From NCBI GenBank assembly GCA_963754925.1, contig CAVWHX010000011.1:64001-128000 (forward strand): 64,000 nt of DNA, read 5' to 3'. Shown piece after piece: positions 31,653 to 40,345 of this stretch. A model generated the notes under the pieces. It searched no databases. It was given only the letters and a program-made list of their open reading frames with translations, and was not told where the DNA came from. The position numbers were made by a program, and so were the translations under genes. Each line of letters opens with the position of its first letter. Position 1 is the stretch's first letter. This DNA is from an uncultured delta proteobacterium (GTDB taxonomy: Bacteria > Myxococcota > B64-G9).

Positions 31653-32177
31653 ATGAGATCGACCCGGTCGTTTGAAAGCGCATCGATGTACATCCTAAAT
31701 CGATTAATGTCCTTTACACTCGTTTCTCTTTTTATCGGTTCGTCGATTTTGGGATGCGGAAGCTCCTCTGGTTCCAACAATGGACCGCCGCTCGACGTCG
31801 CGGGCACGTGGACCGGCAGTTACGACCAAGCTGGGTCGAACGGCGGACCGGTTTACAATGTGGCCGTCACGGTCACACTTACCGCGACTCAGAACGGCAA
31901 CAGCGTCAGCTACGCCGGGACGCTAACTAATGGAGCAACCTGGGATTGCCAAAATGGCACGATCAAAGGCACGACCATCACCTTCCCATCCTGTACTGTC
32001 ACGTATTCAGATTGCACGGCAACGGTAACCAATAGAAAGGATGTTATTGATGATAAGGTCACACCGTGGACGATGAGTCCGAGTTATAGTTATAAGTGGA
32101 GCGGCACCTGCTCGGTAACAGGTTATACCGTAACGGTGCCGGTTTCTGGCGGTACTGCCGTGCTATCGAAGCAATAG
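31653..32177 (+). CDS. Beta-rich lipoprotein of unknown function
   Basis: AAGGAG SD, ILGC lipobox, DVAGTWTG, four Cys in the mature part. Confidence 0.75.
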   Translation: MRSTRSFESASMYILNRLMSFTLVSLFIGSSILGCGSSSGSNNGPPLDVAGTWTGSYDQAGSNGGPVYNVAVTVTLTATQNGNSVSYAGTLTNGATWDCQNGTIKGTTITFPSCTVTYSDCTATVTNRKDVIDDKVTPWTMSPSYSYKWSGTCSVTGYTVTVPVSGGTAVLSKQ

Positions 32178-33154
32178 TGGTCGTTTGCGGCCTTTGATTC
32201 AGAATGGGAACAGGTCACGGTGACCATGATTGAAATCACGTGGGAATGAAGCGGGAATCAGTCCGCATCTTCATCTTCATTTATTCTTTTGTCACTGACG
32301 CCAGCGAACTGCTACAGGTTGTCGAGCCGCCGCCGCACGCGTTTGGAGGATTCGGGTCGCATTCTTCGCAACCTGATTGACCTCCCATTAACGTGCAGCT
32401 AAAGCAGTGTTCCCAGGTAATGGTGGCGCCCGTCGCGCTGGTGCAGTTGGTGGCATCGACGGTCATGCTCACCGTGGCCTGGAGGGTTTGCGTCTGACCT
32501 GCTACGAACGGTCCGATGGTCAGGACGTTGTTCGAGAAGGTAGCCGGGACATTGGACCAACTTTCATTCTGACAGCTCCAGTGGGTGAAGCTCGCCTTGA
32601 GTGAATTGGTAGTAGCATCCTTCACGATCCAGACCGTGGCCGTCGATGTTACCTCGTCGCCTGGGGTGCACCCCGAAACGCAACTTCCGTCACTGTTACA
32701 GGTGTAGGTGTCGGCCGTTACGTCCCACGTTCCGACCGGACAGGCCACGTCCGAGGGGGTGGTCGTCACGAGCTGACCACCCGACGGAATAGTCGCCTGA
32801 GCAAACCCGGTAGAAGAATCGACCGTGATATCGCCGAGACTCGCATTGCCGCTAAAGCTCGCTGTCTGGCCGCTGCTTTGCCCTCCGGTCGTAGTTGTGA
32901 AAATGAGGGTCGCGACGCCGGCGCCGCTGGTGTCTAGGACAAAGCAGCCAAAGGGCACGCCTAGGGCGGCCAGGGATAAGCTCACGGCTCCTGAATCGTT
33001 GGCTACCGCCGCGCCGGACGCCGGGGGCGTCTTGAACGTGACGCAGTAGAGTTTGTAACCGGCGAGTGCGCTCGTAAGCGGAGATTGAAGGGCACTTTTC
33101 TGGACCGTCAAAGCGCCAGTAACCTGACCCGTGGTCAATTGTAGTGCCCCCCAT

Positions 33155-33931
33155 TTAGCAAGCCTTTTGTAAGAGAGTCTCGTGGCCAATGTGGTCCTGC
33201 TCGAATCGTACCGGTGATTGGTATCCAAGCGTTGAATGTAAATAGCTGTTGTTGTATTCATCAAGCCAGGAATTCAAGGCTTCAAAGAAAACGCTTGGAC
33301 TCTTCCACTCACGAAGCCATACCAGTTCCTCCTTCAGCGTCCGCATGAACCGTTCCGTATCGGCGTTGCCTTTGGGGTTGTTATAACTCGTAAATGATTG
33401 TCTGATTCCCATGACAGCACATGCTTCCATAAACCCCACCGAGGTGGGTTGACAGCCATTGTCAGACATCAAATGCAGTTCATGTCCCCGAACTCCATCA
33501 GGAAATTGCCGATTCACGCCCTGGTTCAATGCCGCCAGCCAATGCCAGGCCTTCGACTGAACTCCCGCATAATGCCCCGTGACCTTCTTGGAATACCAGT
33601 CGAGGACAATAACCACATAGACCCAACCAAATCCATCGATCATGACCTTGGTCATATCGATGCCCCACCATTGGTTGCACCGAACAGGGCGCGGTTTGCT
33701 GGTATGTGCTCGTCGCGTTGCTTTCAGTTTCAGATTGGGCATTACCAGAAGTTTGTGCTCTTTCATCAACCGATGAACACGCTTCTGGTTAATCTCGAAT
33801 CCATCGATGTATTTCAAATGGGCCCAGACCCGACGATACCCCCAAAAAGGATGGTCGGCCTTTATCGTACGAATCCGGCGAACCACGGGAGCGTTACGCC
33901 GGTTCACCTTTTGGTAGGGTCCGCGGCTCAT
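33155..33931 (-). CDS. IS3 OrfB DDE transposase
   Basis: WGYRRV, WGIDMT, SDNG, ERFMRTLK, HSTLGY. Confidence 0.95.
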   Translation of the reverse strand: MSRGPYQKVNRRNAPVVRRIRTIKADHPFWGYRRVWAHLKYIDGFEINQKRVHRLMKEHKLLVMPNLKLKATRRAHTSKPRPVRCNQWWGIDMTKVMIDGFGWVYVVIVLDWYSKKVTGHYAGVQSKAWHWLAALNQGVNRQFPDGVRGHELHLMSDNGCQPTSVGFMEACAVMGIRQSFTSYNNPKGNADTERFMRTLKEELVWLREWKSPSVFFEALNSWLDEYNNSYLHSTLGYQSPVRFEQDHIGHETLLQKAC

Positions 33932-34200
33932 TCCCACTCCTCGCTTTTTTTTAGCTCCATGGTCAGCTCACCCACCATGGCTTTCAGGCGGGCATTTTCG
34001 TTTTTCAACCGTGCGGTCTTTTCGTCTGTTTTCTCTGTCTCAAACGCGCGGGCGGCGTTGTGTAAAAATTGATTCCGCCATTGATAGTACTGAGACTGAG
34101 AAATGCCGTGCTCGCTGCACAATTCGGCGATTTGTCGTCCTCGAAGGCCTTCGAGGACGACAAGGGCTTTCTTTTCCGAGGTCCAATTCTTTCGTTTCAT
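33928..34200 (-). CDS. IS3 OrfA HTH protein
   Basis: IAELCSEHGISQSQYYQW, leucine zipper; A8G slippery run and ATGA overlap with orfB. Confidence 0.93.
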   Translation of the reverse strand: MKRKNWTSEKKALVVLEGLRGRQIAELCSEHGISQSQYYQWRNQFLHNAARAFETEKTDEKTARLKNENARLKAMVGELTMELKKSEEWE

Positions 34201-34532
34201 TGGCTGCTCTCCTTGGTCCATGCAGCCACAAATACTCTCTTAGCTCAACCCAATTTCAAATGGGGGGCAGGATACAATGTCCCTGAGATGGTAATGTTGC
34301 CGGGCGAGTTCCCGTTGCTTCCGCATCCAGTTGCGATAAGCGCCGTGATCGTTACCGTTACAACTATCAAAGATAGGCTGCGCATTGATCCCTCCACAAG
34401 AAATTAAATGGTATCGAGGCCGTTCGCCTTGCGTCCCTCAAGGGCTAATTTCATATTATTTGTAACATACAAGCTAGATTTGGTCTAATTATCTAATTGA
34501 TGGGTAGTGTCTCAGTTTGAAATTTAATGCTC

Positions 34533-34561
34533 TTGGCGTTCCGCGCTGCCTATGGTATATT
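34533..34561 (+). promoter_or_regulatory. Sigma70-type promoter, probably yielding a leaderless mRNA
   Basis: TTGGCG-17-TATATT with extended TG; ATG 6 nt downstream; no SD. Confidence 0.55.
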
Positions 34562-34567
34562 CTCACC

Positions 34568-34801
34568 ATGCCTAGAGGACCGCAAGGCCAAAAGAGACCC
34601 GCCGACATTATCGGAAACGCTGTCATGGTAGCAAAGATAGCTACGGGGGAGCTTACAGATAGCAAGCCGCTTGAGGGCAAAGAGTATGCCCGCAAGGGTG
34701 GGCTAAAGGGTGGGGTTGCCAGGGCCAAGGCACTCACCAAAAAACAACGGAAAGAGATAGCTAAGAGAGCGGCAGCGGCTAGGTGGGGAGAGAAAAAGTA
34801 G
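34568..34801 (+). CDS. Small basic IS-associated protein with KGG-like motif
   Basis: KRPADIIGNAV..IATGE..RKGGLKGGVARA..IAKRAAAARW. Confidence 0.85.
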   Translation: MPRGPQGQKRPADIIGNAVMVAKIATGELTDSKPLEGKEYARKGGLKGGVARAKALTKKQRKEIAKRAAAARWGEKK

Positions 34802-34943
34802 CCAAGTTAACACTCTATTATTATCAATATGTTACATAGGATAGCGTACCCAAGCAGGCTATCAATAAATTGACCCGCCAAATGAATTCTGTTAATCTTC
34901 CTTAAAATATTGGCTGTGTGGCTTCAAAACCTGGGGAGAGTAC

Positions 34944-35738
34944 ATGAACGACCTGCCTTTTTATCGTTCCACAAGGCTTATTGGTATAACATTAATACTG
35001 TGTCTTTTGGTGGGATGTTCTGATTCCAAAAGAGAACAAGAGTGCATTGAAACACTACAAAATACCGCGAGCGATCTAAGAAAATGTCAGAGCGATTATT
35101 CTGCTGTGTTGGAAAACAGCAAAGATTTGGAATCCCGGATTAGTGATCTCACCAAAAAGATCAATGATCTCTCACAGACGGCAGATGGTTTGTGGGGAAC
35201 CGTAATCGGGTGTTCCGATGATATTTGTGCAGAACAAGCACTTCAAAGCTTTATCACTAAATACCCCACAGAGCCACGAATCTCCGAGGCCAAGAAAAGG
35301 CTTATCACTATACAGAAAAAAAGAGAAGAGGCTGAAAGAATCGCAAAATTAGATTCCGTAACAGTAAAAGAAATTGTTGCCGATCCCCAAACGTATCGTA
35401 AATCTCTTTTTTCAAGAGTGATGTGTTGTTGGGACTTTAATCTAAGTAATTATGAGTACCCAACCACGATTGCCGAAATTAATTTTAGAGCTACTAAACT
35501 CTACAATGCCTTATGCCATTGGCGTTGGAAAGAGTCGGATGATGGTAGTCCGTATGCTTCTGATATCGCCTCAAGAATTGAACTCCGTCTAACTCAAGAA
35601 CAGGCAAAACTTCTTGCTAAACACGGATCGAGTGACAATTTCGATTGTCGATATAAGATAAGAAGCACCCTATTCTTTAATGGACAAGTAGATAATGATG
35701 GTCCAGTAATGTATTTAAAGGATTTTAGTTTCGAATAA
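34944..35738 (+). CDS. Cargo lipoprotein with coiled coil, Cys-rich
   Basis: LVGC lipobox; heptad region; FITKYP motif. Confidence 0.75.
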   Translation: MNDLPFYRSTRLIGITLILCLLVGCSDSKREQECIETLQNTASDLRKCQSDYSAVLENSKDLESRISDLTKKINDLSQTADGLWGTVIGCSDDICAEQALQSFITKYPTEPRISEAKKRLITIQKKREEAERIAKLDSVTVKEIVADPQTYRKSLFSRVMCCWDFNLSNYEYPTTIAEINFRATKLYNALCHWRWKESDDGSPYASDIASRIELRLTQEQAKLLAKHGSSDNFDCRYKIRSTLFFNGQVDNDGPVMYLKDFSFE

Positions 35739-35758
35739 CTGCAATTCCTTAAACAAGC

Positions 35759-36238
35759 TTAGTCGCAAATTACAATTGAGCCATCAGGACCATTGTATGT
35801 AAGGTGCCAATACATAAGGATATCTCTTCCTATTACACAATCATAATTATTGAATGGGAATGTACAAGAAGTTATAGGAATTTCTTTGCCAGCACCCCAC
35901 CCAAAAGTAATAAGTCCGTAATACGTAGGTTGAACTTGCTCATTTTGAATGGAAAAAACTTTTTGAGTTCCTGTTTGTAGTAAACCTACTTCATTAATTA
36001 CTTTCTGTGTAGCAAGCGTACAATTCGCTCCCGTATCTATTAGAGCTTTTACAGAAATCGAAGGGGCATTTTTTCCTAGCTTCCTGAGTTGTTCCTTAAC
36101 AGCTTTTGGATGACTGAGTGTTACATCGATAAACGCTCCCGCTTGAAGTAATACTTGGGCGGGATGAACCTGAACCTGTATTTTTTTACCCTCTTTTTCT
36201 ACTTCTGTATGCCCACCATATCTCACAGGTATAATCAT
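35759..36238 (-). CDS. Retropepsin-like (clan AA) aspartyl protease
   Basis: KALIDTGA and CVIGRDIL. Confidence 0.88.
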   Translation of the reverse strand: MIIPVRYGGHTEVEKEGKKIQVQVHPAQVLLQAGAFIDVTLSHPKAVKEQLRKLGKNAPSISVKALIDTGANCTLATQKVINEVGLLQTGTQKVFSIQNEQVQPTYYGLITFGWGAGKEIPITSCTFPFNNYDCVIGRDILMYWHLTYNGPDGSIVICD

Positions 36239-36474
36239 AGCACCACTTCCATGACAATATTTAGGGGTTCTCTTTCTATTATCTGGTAAACAACAAACCC
36301 AGCTTCTAGGCCGTATAGATGAACACCTTCGGCGGCTGCTTTCTCAAACGAATCATAAGAATTAATGACCTCTTGCCTATGTACCAAAACAAATTTATTT
36401 CTGTAATATTCAAGGAATCGTTTTTCGTTATTGGTAACAAATATCAAATTTGCCTCTAGTTCTTTTTTAAACAT
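36235..36474 (-). CDS. DUF5678-like small protein coupled to the protease
   Basis: YRNKFVLVH..VINSYDSFEKA..G; AGGAG SD; ATGA overlap. Confidence 0.7.
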   Translation of the reverse strand: MFKKELEANLIFVTNNEKRFLEYYRNKFVLVHRQEVINSYDSFEKAAAEGVHLYGLEAGFVVYQIIEREPLNIVMEVVL

Positions 36475-36648
36475 AACCGGTTCTCCTTTGTAGATTCAGC
36501 CCTAATCAAACCTACAGATCAAGCTAAAACAAAATAACCCGCGACGTTGCATGGAATTAAACTATTGAATTAATGGACCTAATAAGAACGCCCTCAACAA
36601 GTATCCTGTAAGTACCTATTATAGCTGCATAAAATTATATGAATATAA

Positions 36649-36680
36649 TGCTTGACACTCAAGCAATAATTTCATATACT
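36649..36680 (+). promoter_or_regulatory. Transposase promoter with a palindromic operator over the -35
   Basis: TTGACA(36652)-17-TATACT(36675); TGCTTGA-CAC-TCAAGCA; ATG 6 nt after the -10. Confidence 0.7.
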
Positions 36681-36686
36681 ATAATC

Positions 36687-37535
36687 ATGAACAAGCTACC
36701 AAAAGAAAAAAGAGTTCAAATCCTGCAAATGCTTTGCGAAGGATCGTCTATGCGCTCGGTTTCGAGAATAGTTGGCGTCTCGATCAATACCGTCACCAAG
36801 CTACTTGTCGCTGCCGGTAGAGCTTGCACCGCTTACCACGAAGCCCATGTTCGTAATGTAAAGGCAAAGAAGGTACAGTGCGATGAGATATGGGCTTTCT
36901 GCTACAGCAAGGCAAAAAACACACCCGACGAAAAGAAGGCTGATGGCGCGGGAGATGTCTGGACCTGGACAGCCCTTGACGCCAACAGCAAACTAATAAT
37001 CAGCTACCTTGTTGGTAACCGTGATGCAGAGTGCGCCATGCTACTTATGGACGATTTACGGTCACGGCTTGATAACCGGGTGCAGCTTACAACGGACGGG
37101 CATAGGGCATACCTGGAAGCCGTTGAGGGCACCTTCGGTGAAGATACTGACTATGCTCAGTTGGTGAAGGTTTATGGTGAGGTTGCCGAAAACCAAAAGA
37201 GGTATTCTCCAGCAGAATGTATCGGAACCAAAAAAACTAAAGTTACTGGCAACCCTGACCCGGAGAGCATAAGCACATCTTTTGTCGAAAGGCAGAATTT
37301 GAATATTAGAATGGGTGTGCGCCGGTTCACCAGGCTTACTAATGCATTCTCAAAGAAACTTGAGAACCATTTTTACATGTTGGCCATCTACTTCATGTTC
37401 TACAACTTCGTTCGCATCCACAAAAGCCTAAAGGTCACTCCCGCCATGGCAGTGGGATTGACTGAACGGCTTTGGGATATGGAAGATATTGTTAATTTGG
37501 TAGACGAGGCGGAGAAAGATTCAAAGAAAGATTAA
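36687..37535 (+). CDS. IS1-family DDE transposase (single ORF)
   Basis: HTH EGSSMRSVSR, QCDEIW, VGNR, TTDG, STSFVERQNL, RRFTRLTNAFSKK. Confidence 0.93.
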   Translation: MNKLPKEKRVQILQMLCEGSSMRSVSRIVGVSINTVTKLLVAAGRACTAYHEAHVRNVKAKKVQCDEIWAFCYSKAKNTPDEKKADGAGDVWTWTALDANSKLIISYLVGNRDAECAMLLMDDLRSRLDNRVQLTTDGHRAYLEAVEGTFGEDTDYAQLVKVYGEVAENQKRYSPAECIGTKKTKVTGNPDPESISTSFVERQNLNIRMGVRRFTRLTNAFSKKLENHFYMLAIYFMFYNFVRIHKSLKVTPAMAVGLTERLWDMEDIVNLVDEAEKDSKKD

Positions 37536-37566
37536 AGGGCTAAATAGAAAAACGCGGATTACTTTT

Positions 37567-38022
37567 TTAAATCTTGGCTAGGACAGAATGATCGAATACC
37601 GGGTAAGTGTTCCCCATTTTAAATTTATGTTCAATCTCATCAAGTGGCATGAATTTAGCAGAACCCCAGGAAAACCCAAAAAGGGTTGCAAGATAGTTAA
37701 AAGTTGGTTCATCGGGAATGTGGTGACAAGTCTTTCCTTTTACGAGATAGTGTTTATTCCCATCCTTTAGTATCTCTACAGATTCGTTTGGACTTAATAT
37801 TGCCTTTGTGCCTGGACTAAATTTTTTGTTTTTCTTTTCATTCAGCCATAATTTCAATCTCCACAGAGAAAAAAATATGGCAATGGGTAGGACTACAATA
37901 AATGGGTTTATATGATTCAGGAATAATTTTATGGCTTCCATATTTTCCTTCAAGTATTTAAAAAAGAAAAATACTGTGATACACAATGCGAATATCTGCA
38001 ACCATTTCCAATAGTTTTTCAT
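37567..38022 (-). CDS. Two-TM cargo protein of unknown function
   Basis: Two hydrophobic segments, then YLVKG..HIPDEPTF; GGAGG SD. Confidence 0.65.
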   Translation of the reverse strand: MKNYWKWLQIFALCITVFFFFKYLKENMEAIKLFLNHINPFIVVLPIAIFFSLWRLKLWLNEKKNKKFSPGTKAILSPNESVEILKDGNKHYLVKGKTCHHIPDEPTFNYLATLFGFSWGSAKFMPLDEIEHKFKMGNTYPVFDHSVLAKI

Positions 38023-38351
38023 AACCCACCTCCATTGAGATGGGTTTCACTCTACCCCGAACAAATCCCTTTGTAAAAGGTACAGTTTCAAGAACAGGCT
38101 TGCCTGGAAGCCGTCTATCGACGGCCTTGCCGAATACTCGATTTTGGATAAAATTAGGAACATTAGGCCCAGAAATGGGCGAGTTAAGTAGATTATTACC
38201 CTTGAAAGGCGTGTCAAATTCAAACTGAGACACTACCAATTGATGGCAGGGAAAAGTCCAATCTTTGCGACAAGATCCTGATTCAACCCTATTTGACCTG
38301 AGAACCGAATAGGGTGATAATTATATAAAGTTACAGCTAGACTTCAGCGAA

Positions 38352-40085
38352 TCATGGTTCTCCCCACTGCAAGGTAAAGCCCTTGCCGTTTACAACTTCG
38401 GGCGCCACGTTTGGCACAGCGCGTTTCGGGATGATGAAACGCGCACTCCCGGCGTTTAAGATATCCCTTTGGATATCGATTCCGGGCATGAGCTGCATGA
38501 GTTCAAGACCGGCTGCGGTCAAGGTAAAGATGCCGACCGTGGTGACGTAAAACACTCGCTTACCGGCTTTAAGCGCTTCTTTGGCATTAAAGGTGACACG
38601 ATCCACCGTATCGACGAATTTGAGCTTACCTGGTTTCTTAAGGTATACGCAGCCATTCTTAACTTCATACCGGGCTCTATCCATCCAGGACCCCACAAAG
38701 ATGATGGTCTTGGCATATTCGACGATATCGGTGAATCCGCCCGGCCCGACAAAGTTTATCATCTTCGGTCCACGGTGGGAGACATTGACATTGCCCTGGG
38801 AGTCGACCTGCAGGAATCCCAGCACGCTGGTATCCAACCGCTTTTCATAGAGGTGGAACATCTCGGCCGTGCTTATAAGCCGCTGTGGATTGATGGCCGC
38901 GCCAAAAAGGATACCCGCCGCCGGAAGACCGCCGTAGGCCCCGCCTTCAGTGGTGAAGATGATGTCCTTATAGAGTCCGGATTCATAGAGCATGCGGGCG
39001 ACCTCCTCGCCCATGCCGATACCGATATTCACCATCGCACCGGGCTTGGTGTTTTTGACGAAGGTGTCGGCGCACATACGCGCAATGATGTCGGCCACCT
39101 TCCCCCGGTAGGGAGTGACTTCCAGAAAGGTATTGATCAGCTTCATGAGCTTTACCGCTTCGTCGTCCACCTCGAACGAGCCGGCCGTGAAATAGGGACT
39201 GAACTTTACCTGGAGCATACCGCCTACCTGTTCATTGCGCGGATTGACCACAATCGCATCGATCGCATGTGCCGGGATGGCGATTTGTTCGCTATCCTTG
39301 GGGATAATTTTGGCAACCGCCACAATCACTTTACCGCCATTGCGGCGGGCAGCCGCTGCCGCATCTTGGTAATCCAGGATCAGGGCGGCGTCCGTGAAGT
39401 AGATGTTCCCCTCGCTGTCGGCATAGGGAGCCAGAAAAAGCGCCCTCTCGATCGGGGGGATACGATATTCCAACTTTTCGCCCTTGACCTGGATAAAAGT
39501 ATTGTGCGCCCCGGGGGTAACGGCCGAACCGCCGCCGACGGCCGGATCAAGAAAGGTGCCGCGGCCGACATGGGTTTCGAGCGTATCACGACCCTGCGCC
39601 TGGGCCTCGATCAGAAACGCCAAAGCCCCTTGCGACATGGTATGGAGCTCGAGCGTATCCTCATCGGCCAGTCGCAAAAGCGCCTTGGCGGTTTCACCGT
39701 GCCCGACGATGTAGCGGCTGATGATCCCGGGCACGCCAAGCTCTTCGATCGTCCCGGGAATCTTTCCGCGGCCGCCCTGCGGACAAGCGCCGATCACGGT
39801 CAAATTGCGGGGATGGCCGCTGCGGTCGAAGGCGTCGCGCAACGCCCAGTAGAATATCGAAGCGCGGCCGATGGAGGTAAACCCGCCTATGGTGAGGGTC
39901 GCCCCATCAGGGATCATGTCTGCCGCCCGGCGGGCGCTGACGAACGTGGGCCCGAGCCCATTCGGGACATAATCCAAGTCGCGCCTGGTCCAGGTCAGCC
40001 GAAAATGAAGAAGTTGTGCGATGGTGCTGAACATTTTAACAATATTCACATCCCTGAGGGCCCTGAGGTTTCTTATAACGCCCAT
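38352..40085 (-). CDS. Acyl-CoA:acetate/propionate CoA-transferase (fused alpha-beta)
   Basis: VGRGTFLDP, NIGIGMGE, EGG, GNVNVS, GPGGFTDI. Confidence 0.9.
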   Translation of the reverse strand: MGVIRNLRALRDVNIVKMFSTIAQLLHFRLTWTRRDLDYVPNGLGPTFVSARRAADMIPDGATLTIGGFTSIGRASIFYWALRDAFDRSGHPRNLTVIGACPQGGRGKIPGTIEELGVPGIISRYIVGHGETAKALLRLADEDTLELHTMSQGALAFLIEAQAQGRDTLETHVGRGTFLDPAVGGGSAVTPGAHNTFIQVKGEKLEYRIPPIERALFLAPYADSEGNIYFTDAALILDYQDAAAAARRNGGKVIVAVAKIIPKDSEQIAIPAHAIDAIVVNPRNEQVGGMLQVKFSPYFTAGSFEVDDEAVKLMKLINTFLEVTPYRGKVADIIARMCADTFVKNTKPGAMVNIGIGMGEEVARMLYESGLYKDIIFTTEGGAYGGLPAAGILFGAAINPQRLISTAEMFHLYEKRLDTSVLGFLQVDSQGNVNVSHRGPKMINFVGPGGFTDIVEYAKTIIFVGSWMDRARYEVKNGCVYLKKPGKLKFVDTVDRVTFNAKEALKAGKRVFYVTTVGIFTLTAAGLELMQLMPGIDIQRDILNAGSARFIIPKRAVPNVAPEVVNGKGFTLQWGEP

Positions 40086-40185
40086 TATTTCTCCCGTTGC
40101 TCTGCCAGATTCCGGCACTCCGTGTAACAGTTTTAGCCCGACACTTCAAGGTGAATTCCCGCCTCAACCTGCGAAGTTTTTATCA

Positions 40186-40284
40186 GAACTCGGCAGGTGG
40201 GGGGCCATGGTCGTGGTCAACGACCTCGGTGCGGCCTTCGACGGGTCTGGTAACAGCACAAAGGCGGTGGACAAGATTGTCGCG
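40186..40284 (+). pseudogene. Internal remnant of an SDR-family dehydrogenase
   Basis: GAMVVVNDLGAAFDGSG..AVDKIV; no surrounding domain. Confidence 0.65.
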
Positions 40285-40345
40285 ATGGAAAACAAGAAAA
40301 CGCTGGGCTCAGTCCAGGAAAGCTTCGGATACCTTTCAACGCTGT

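Larger units (their letters stand above)
33140..34276 (-). mobile_element. IS3-family insertion sequence
   Basis: TG..CA ends, imperfect TIR TGTA(G/TCC)TGCCCCCCATTT, short AT (or AAT) duplication, orfA/orfB. Confidence 0.93.
32281..34385 (-). pseudogene. Cys/Thr-rich lipoprotein gene interrupted by the IS3 element
   Basis: MRSLS..IATGCGSN..ISGT (34385-34277) joins in frame to LTTGQV.. once the IS and duplicated bases are removed. Confidence 0.88.
34503..38237 (+). mobile_element. IS1-family transporter element with passenger genes (3735 bp)
   Basis: Perfect 19-bp TIR GGTAGTGTCTCAGTTTGAA; TSD AATTGATG at 34495-34502 and 38238-38245; AT-rich interior. Confidence 0.95.

Noticed and set aside
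32281..33264. 327-aa ORF as listed in the track
   Set aside because: Its N-terminus is IS3 sequence; the real start is at 34385.
34405..34452. Minus-strand GGGACGCAAGGCGAACGGCCT resembling a c-di-GMP-I riboswitch core
   Set aside because: No GGCAAAC/GNRA-capped stem and no convincing downstream pairing; needs an Rfam scan.
38117..38140. GACGGCCTTGCCGAATACTCG inside the IS1 element resembling the MITE interior
   Set aside because: Too short and gapped to show that the MITE derives from this IS.
38469..40127. Long antisense ORFs (also 25183-26433, 16887-17933 and others)
   Set aside because: Shadow frames of well-supported genes, without motifs.
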